Below are positions 6,954-11,620 of a stretch of 11,620 nucleotides of DNA, in pieces. Both the position numbers and the translations under genes were made by a program. Position 1 is the first letter of the stretch. Every line of letters begins with the position of its first letter. This stretch comes from a bacterium (GTDB lineage Bacteria; Eisenbacteria; RBG-16-71-46): positions 1-11,620 of the forward strand of contig JAYWEM010000057.1 of NCBI GenBank assembly GCA_043779265.1, written 5' to 3'. The notes under the pieces were generated by a model. The model had not been told where the DNA came from, did no database searches, and worked only from the letters and a program-made list of their open reading frames with translations.

Positions 6954-8660
6954 GTGACTGCCACGCCCGACTCCCGCTCCCTGGAGCGCCCCGTCCCCCC
7001 GCCCGGGCCGGGCAGTCCGTTCGACCGAGCGCGCGATCTGCTCGCGGCGCTCACGCCCCTCCTGCAGCTCATCCTGACCATGGCCGGTGCGATCGGCACC
7101 CTGGCCCTCGTCGTGGCCGGGCCGCGCGACCTCCCGCTGCCGGTCTTCCTGGTCCTGTTGACCGTGCCCATCTTGTTCACGATCGCCGCCGGCGTCAGCG
7201 CCTGGTGGACGTTCGGGCAACGCTCGACCGGCCGGGTCATGGCCATCATCGTCGACTATCTCGTGGTGCTCGCTGCGCTGGTCGCCCTGTTCGTCATCCA
7301 GGGCACGTTCCTGGGGATCGACGCCCTCGCCGATTCCTTCGCTGCCGGCCTGCCCTGGCTGGCCCTGGGACTGGTCGCGTTCCTGCTCAGCTACCTCGTT
7401 GACGCCGCCGACCGGTCGGTGTTCGAGCGACCGCTGCGCCGGCTTCGGCTCGGTCTGCTGGCCGTCGCGGTTGTCGGCTGGCTCGTGGCCATGGGGGCGC
7501 CGAGGGGCGTCATCGACTTCGCCCTGGGTCTGCTGCGCCCTGAGGCCGCAGCGATCAGCGCCGTCCTGCTCGTCGTCGGTGCCGTGTTGCTGGCCCTCTG
7601 GGGACCGGCCGGCCACCGCCGGTACGGCGCGACCCTGCGCGATTCCGAGACCATCAACGGCGTGATCTTCGCGTCGCCGAACGTCCTTGGCTTCCTGGCC
7701 TTCTTCGCCGGGCCGCTGCTGTTCAGCCTGTACGTCTCGTTCAGCGACTGGGACGCGTTCAGTTCGCCGGTCTTCGTCGGGTTGAAGAACTACATCGACA
7801 TCCTGAGTATCCAGATCATCACCCTGTCGGATCCGACCGTGGCGCTGCCGCCCGGGCTCAACCCGGGCTTCACGGAGATCCTGCGCATCGGCCCGCTGGT
7901 CCTCGCTGCGGGCGACAACCTGTTCTGGATCTCGTTGCGCAACATCCTGTTGTTCTCGGTCATCGCCATCCCGTTGGCGGTGATCCCGTCCCTGTTCCTT
8001 GCCACGCTGCTCAACTCGAATGTGCGCGGGGTGCGGTTCTTTCGCGCCCTGTACTTCATCCCGAGCGTGGCCGGCGTGGTCGGCGTCGCCATCATCTGGA
8101 AGTCCCTGCTCGACCAGAGCGTCGGCTGGGTCAACTACCTGGTCAGCCTGGTGGTGACGTTTCTCAACGACACCTTCGGGCTGTCCGTCGCGGATCCGAA
8201 GATCGGTTGGCTGTCAGATCCCTCCACGGCCCTGCCGGCCATCGCCATCGTGTTCGCCTGGACGCTCGTCGGCTTCAACGCGGTGCTGTTCCTGGCCGGA
8301 CTCCAGGGCATCCCCGCCGACCTCTACGAGGCCGCCAAGATCGACGGCGCCGGGCGCTGGCAGCGGTTCCGCAACGTGACCGTCCCGATGGTCGCGCCGA
8401 CCACCTTCTTCGTGGTGGCCACCACCACGATCCTGAGCCTGCAGCTGTTCACGGAACCCTACGTCCTGACCAGCCCCAACCCCGGCGGGCCGAGCAACGC
8501 GACCCTGACGCCGGTCATGTACCTGTACAACACGGGCTACCAGCAGTTCGAGTTCGGCTATGCATCGGCGGTCGCGTGGGTGCTCTTCGCGCTCATCTTC
8601 GCGTTCACGGTGATCCAGTACCGGCGACAGCGGCGGGATGCCGCGGCCTTCGGCGGATGA
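6954..8660 (+). CDS. Carbohydrate ABC transporter permease 1 (MalF/UgpA-like core) with a long N-terminal membrane extension (568 aa)
   Basis: The core begins near residue 234: IFASPNVLGFLAFFAGPLLFSLYVSFSDWD, FVGLKNY, FWISLRN, FFRALYFIP, EAA loop LQGIPADLYEAAKIDGAGRWQRFRNVTVP, and FGYASAVAW. AGGAGG at 6941-6946 lies 7 nt before the GTG start. Confidence 0.93.
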   Translation: MTATPDSRSLERPVPPPGPGSPFDRARDLLAALTPLLQLILTMAGAIGTLALVVAGPRDLPLPVFLVLLTVPILFTIAAGVSAWWTFGQRSTGRVMAIIVDYLVVLAALVALFVIQGTFLGIDALADSFAAGLPWLALGLVAFLLSYLVDAADRSVFERPLRRLRLGLLAVAVVGWLVAMGAPRGVIDFALGLLRPEAAAISAVLLVVGAVLLALWGPAGHRRYGATLRDSETINGVIFASPNVLGFLAFFAGPLLFSLYVSFSDWDAFSSPVFVGLKNYIDILSIQIITLSDPTVALPPGLNPGFTEILRIGPLVLAAGDNLFWISLRNILLFSVIAIPLAVIPSLFLATLLNSNVRGVRFFRALYFIPSVAGVVGVAIIWKSLLDQSVGWVNYLVSLVVTFLNDTFGLSVADPKIGWLSDPSTALPAIAIVFAWTLVGFNAVLFLAGLQGIPADLYEAAKIDGAGRWQRFRNVTVPMVAPTTFFVVATTTILSLQLFTEPYVLTSPNPGGPSNATLTPVMYLYNTGYQQFEFGYASAVAWVLFALIFAFTVIQYRRQRRDAAAFGG

Positions 8661-8670
8661 GGGACGACTG

Positions 8671-9936
8671 ATGACATCGATCACCGCTCCGAGCGTGAGG
8701 ACTGCCTCCCGCCGCCCTGGCCTCGGCCGACGCATCCGGCGGACCGCCGGCGCCGTGCTGGTCTACGTGCTGCTGCTCCTGGTCGGCCTGATCGTCGTGT
8801 TCCCGTTCGTGTTCATGGTCACGACGTCGCTGAAGCGCAGTGAAGAGGTCTACGTCTTTCCGCCGACACTCCTGCCCCAGGCGCCCAAGACCGTCATCGT
8901 GCCGGGTCTCGACGAGCCCCAGCCGCTGTATGCCATCGAAACGAATGGGGTCGTCCGCGAGATGTACCCAGCCGAGCGCGGCGTGGATGCCGGCGTCTTC
9001 CGCGATCCGACCGCGCCAGACGCCGCGCCGCTCGCGTGGCCGATCGATGCCGCGACAGCGCTGACTGCCGCCGACGGCACGCCGACCACGGCGGTCGTGG
9101 ACGGGACGACCCTGCCGCTCTACTCAGTCGACGTGGCGGGGACGGTCAGGCAGCTGGCCCTGGAGCGGGAGACGTCGGTCGCGAGGTTCGTCGATCCGAG
9201 CGACCCAGCCATCGTTGGCTACGGGGTCCTGCGGACGGCCGTGGCGATCGGCTCACCCACGGCGAATCCGGGCAACTTCTCGGACGTGCTGGATCGCGCC
9301 GGTTTCGATCGGAACCTGACCAACACCCTCCTCGTGACGATCGTGACGGTGCTCGGACAGCTCCTGACCAGCATCCTTGGGGGCTATGCCTTCGCGCGCA
9401 TCCGCTTCCCGGGCCGCGAGCAGCTCTTCCTGCTGTATCTCGGCTCCATCATGGTCCCGTTCGTGGTCCTGATCATCCCGCTCTACCAGCTCATGGTCGC
9501 CATCGGCTGGGTGGACTCGGTGGCCTCGCTGGTGTTCCCGTGGCTGATCACCGCGTACGGCACGTTCCTGATGCGCCAGTTCTTCATCTCCGTCCCGCGC
9601 GAGCTGGAGGAGGCGGCGATCGTTGACGGGGCGAGTCGCTGGACGATCCTGTGGCGCATTTTTGTGCCGCTTTCGCTGCCGGCGGTGGCGACCCTGACCA
9701 CGTTTTCGTTCCTGTACTCCTGGAACAGCTTCGTCTGGCCGTTCATCGTCATCAGCACGGGCAATACCGAGGCGCAGGTCCTGACCGTGGCGCTCCAGCA
9801 GTTCGGGGGCCGGGCACAGGACGCGCCCCAGCTCATCTTCGCCGGCGTGACCATCGCGGTCGCTGTGCCGGTCATCGCGTTCCTGCTTGTCCAGCGCTAC
9901 TACGTCGAGAACGTGTCGACGAGCGGGATCAAGTAG
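8671..9936 (+). CDS. Carbohydrate ABC transporter permease 2 (MalG/UgpE-like core) with a large loop insertion (421 aa)
   Basis: Motifs FPFVFMVTTSLK, NLTNTL, GGYAFARIRFPGR, IIPLYQLM, EAA loop FLMRQFFISVPRELEEAAIVDGAS, WNSFVWP and FLLVQRYYV. Start ATG 8671 is chosen for the GAGGGA 6 nt upstream and lies 10 nt after the permease 1 stop. Confidence 0.93.
   Translation: MTSITAPSVRTASRRPGLGRRIRRTAGAVLVYVLLLLVGLIVVFPFVFMVTTSLKRSEEVYVFPPTLLPQAPKTVIVPGLDEPQPLYAIETNGVVREMYPAERGVDAGVFRDPTAPDAAPLAWPIDAATALTAADGTPTTAVVDGTTLPLYSVDVAGTVRQLALERETSVARFVDPSDPAIVGYGVLRTAVAIGSPTANPGNFSDVLDRAGFDRNLTNTLLVTIVTVLGQLLTSILGGYAFARIRFPGREQLFLLYLGSIMVPFVVLIIPLYQLMVAIGWVDSVASLVFPWLITAYGTFLMRQFFISVPRELEEAAIVDGASRWTILWRIFVPLSLPAVATLTTFSFLYSWNSFVWPFIVISTGNTEAQVLTVALQQFGGRAQDAPQLIFAGVTIAVAVPVIAFLLVQRYYVENVSTSGIK
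8884..9249 (+). repeat. Two diverged tandem protein repeats (period 66 aa) in the permease 2 loop
   Basis: Unit 1 from 8884: PKTVIVPGLDEPQPLYAIETNGVVREMYPAERGVDAGVFRDPTAP. Unit 2 from 9082: PTTAVVDG--TTLPLYSVDVAGTVRQLAL-ERETSVARFVDPSDP. A manual alignment gives 16 identities in 45 columns. Confidence 0.8.
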
Positions 9937-11620
9937 CGGACTGTCGTGCCAGCCGGATGGTCAGGCGGCCGGTCGTCGGGTGCTGCCACTGGATCCGGCC
10001 TGCGTCGCCGTCCACGGCCGCCGTCCCCGCGCTGACCGCGATGGCCGGACCATCCGGGTAGGCAGGGATCGGGCACACGACCTCTGTCGGGGCGCTGGCG
10101 GCCGCCTCGCCGGCCTCGATCACGGCCTCGAAGACGCCACCGACCGGGTCGTAGCACTGCTCGACGAGCGTGCCCGCGCACGCGTACACGTAGGGGCGGG
10201 CGAACGCGCTGAGGCCGCGTGCGCCCGCGTCCGGGTGCCTCGAGTCCGGGGCCAGGGCCGCATCGTCGCCGCTCCAGATGGACAGGTCCTCGCCGTTCCA
10301 GCCGTCCCCATGGGCGTGCGTGTTGTCGGGTGTGACGTTCCACAGCGTGCCGTGGACGAGGGCCGCGTCCAGTGCCGCGTACGAGGCGGCAAGGGCCTCG
10401 GTCGCGGCCATGTGACCGCCGACTGCGTTGGTCGCCGCGCCATCGTCGAGGTCGAATGGCACGCCGACCTCGCCGATCAGGGTGGGACCGCCGCCGAAGA
10501 CGCGCTCCGTCGTCACCACGTGGCTCAGGAGCTGCTCGGTGAAGGACGCGCGAACGGCCGCCTCGCCAGCCACGACCGTCCCAGGCTCGCCCCAGACGAG
10601 CGCCCGGGCGGGATCCCATCGTTTGGTGATGAGCGTGGCCAGGTCGTACCAGTGCGGAGCGTGGACGACGCGCTCAGGGTCGCCGGTCATGGGGTTCCAG
10701 GCCAGGGACGCCTCGGCGCCTGGCTCGCCTTCCACGAAGATGAGCCAGGTCGGATCCACCTCCCGGACCATCGCGGCGAATGCGCGGATGAACGGTCGCA
10801 GCGCATCGGACCAGACGTCGACAAGCGCGAAGTGGTCGGGCCGAAGCAAGCGCGGTCGCCCGCCATCATCGAGGTCCCAGATGCCCTCCCGGCGCCAGGG
10901 GTCGAACGAGTCGTCGCGCCACGCGCTGACACCGTCCCGATTGAGGATCGTCTCGCCGACGACGACCGGGTCAAGACCGCGCAGTTCCACGAGCGGGACC
11001 CGGGCGCTGACTCCGGCCGGGACCGCCATCGACTGGAGCCCGGTCAGCTGTGGCGCCGAGCCGTAGACCGGGAGCGGCGCGCTGAGGTCGGCGACGTTCA
11101 GGTAGCCCGGTGACGGCTCGTTCATCGGCTCCCAGCCGAGGACGTTGGGCAGGCCCGCAAGGCGCTCCGCGATCGCCCGCATCGAGCCCAGGAAGTGGCG
11201 TTGCAGGTAGCGTTGGGCAGGCTCGCCCTCGATCGTGGTTCGTGGCGCGATGCGGTCGCCGGCCAGGAACAGCCCGAACATCGTCGCGCTCGCAAGGCGC
11301 GTCCAGTTGTTGGGCCAGATCATCGGCCCGTGTCGATCAGGCGATCGCCCGTGCTGGGTGATGGCCGCCTCGGAGGCGTCCAGCCTCGAAAGATCGAAGC
11401 CGACGGCCTCCAGCGTCCAACCCGGCGCCCCATCGCCGCCAGACCAACGGCTCCAGGCGTCCTGGTGCGGATCGATGAACACGTGCAGACCGTGGTCGCC
11501 GGCGCGACGCGCGACCGCGGCGATGTAGGCGAGGTACGACTCGTCGTGGATGCCCGGCCCGGCGTGTTCCACGGCCTCCCAGGTCACCAGCAGGCGCAGG
11601 ACGCGGAAGCCCCAGCGCCG
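9929..11620 (-). CDS. Glycoside hydrolase family 5, endoglycoceramidase-related (GH5_12 / EGCrP-like); 5' end outside the window
   Basis: The frame is open to the window edge (RRWGFRVLRLLVTWEAVEHAGPGIHDESY), so the ORF-track start at 11587 is internal. Motifs IDPHQDAWSRWSGGDGAP, WPNNWTRLASATMFGLF, GWEPMNEP (acid/base Glu), HAPHWYD, LIGEVGVPFD (nucleophile Glu), GDGWNGEDLSIWS and RPY, followed by a C-terminal beta-rich domain. Confidence 0.88.
   Translation of the reverse strand, partial: RRWGFRVLRLLVTWEAVEHAGPGIHDESYLAYIAAVARRAGDHGLHVFIDPHQDAWSRWSGGDGAPGWTLEAVGFDLSRLDASEAAITQHGRSPDRHGPMIWPNNWTRLASATMFGLFLAGDRIAPRTTIEGEPAQRYLQRHFLGSMRAIAERLAGLPNVLGWEPMNEPSPGYLNVADLSAPLPVYGSAPQLTGLQSMAVPAGVSARVPLVELRGLDPVVVGETILNRDGVSAWRDDSFDPWRREGIWDLDDGGRPRLLRPDHFALVDVWSDALRPFIRAFAAMVREVDPTWLIFVEGEPGAEASLAWNPMTGDPERVVHAPHWYDLATLITKRWDPARALVWGEPGTVVAGEAAVRASFTEQLLSHVVTTERVFGGGPTLIGEVGVPFDLDDGAATNAVGGHMAATEALAASYAALDAALVHGTLWNVTPDNTHAHGDGWNGEDLSIWSGDDAALAPDSRHPDAGARGLSAFARPYVYACAGTLVEQCYDPVGGVFEAVIEAGEAAASAPTEVVCPIPAYPDGPAIAVSAGTAAVDGDAGRIQWQHPTTGRLTIRLARQSAT

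Noticed and set aside
5652..7616. 654-aa minus-strand ORF spanning the binding protein and permease 1 (also 9887..11113 opposite the GH5)
   Set aside because: Antisense mirror of codon-biased genes, with no recognisable domain, SD or promoter. Crossing the 75-bp intergenic region without a stop is unremarkable in GC-rich sequence.
9655..9710. Short T-rich patch in permease 2 (ATT TTT GTG CCG CTT TCG) containing CTTTCG
   Set aside because: It encodes the conserved hydrophobic segment after the EAA loop. A single pentamer far from any promoter is not enough to call an operator or a recombination patch.

Overview
High-GC bacterial DNA, almost fully coding, containing a complete divergent galactoside-utilisation locus. 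An AT-richer control region (about 3447-3533) separates a leftward pair, GH36 alpha-galactosidase then GH42 beta-galactosidase (coupled by an ATGA overlap), from a rightward operon: DeoR/GlpR/AgaR-family regulator, galT, lipoprotein sugar-binding protein and two CUT1 ABC permeases. No ATPase, galK or galE is present in the window. The locus is bounded by two convergent genes whose 3' ends overlap it: the tail of an MFS transporter on the left and a GH5 enzyme resembling endoglycoceramidase-related proteins (GH5_12-like, 5' end outside the window) on the right. The most unusual part is the transporter. Permease 1 has an N-terminal extension of about 230 aa with roughly six extra hydrophobic segments plus a 35-aa loop insert. 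Permease 2 has an extracytoplasmic insert of about 125 aa made of two diverged repeats spaced 66 aa apart. A testable but unproven hypothesis is scavenging of galactolipid or glycolipid head groups such as digalactosylglycerol. All family assignments come from motif recognition by eye and no searches were run. No RNA genes, CRISPR arrays or mobile elements were seen. The lipoprotein and GC style would fit Chloroflexota or Actinomycetota, but the taxonomy cannot be established from this window.
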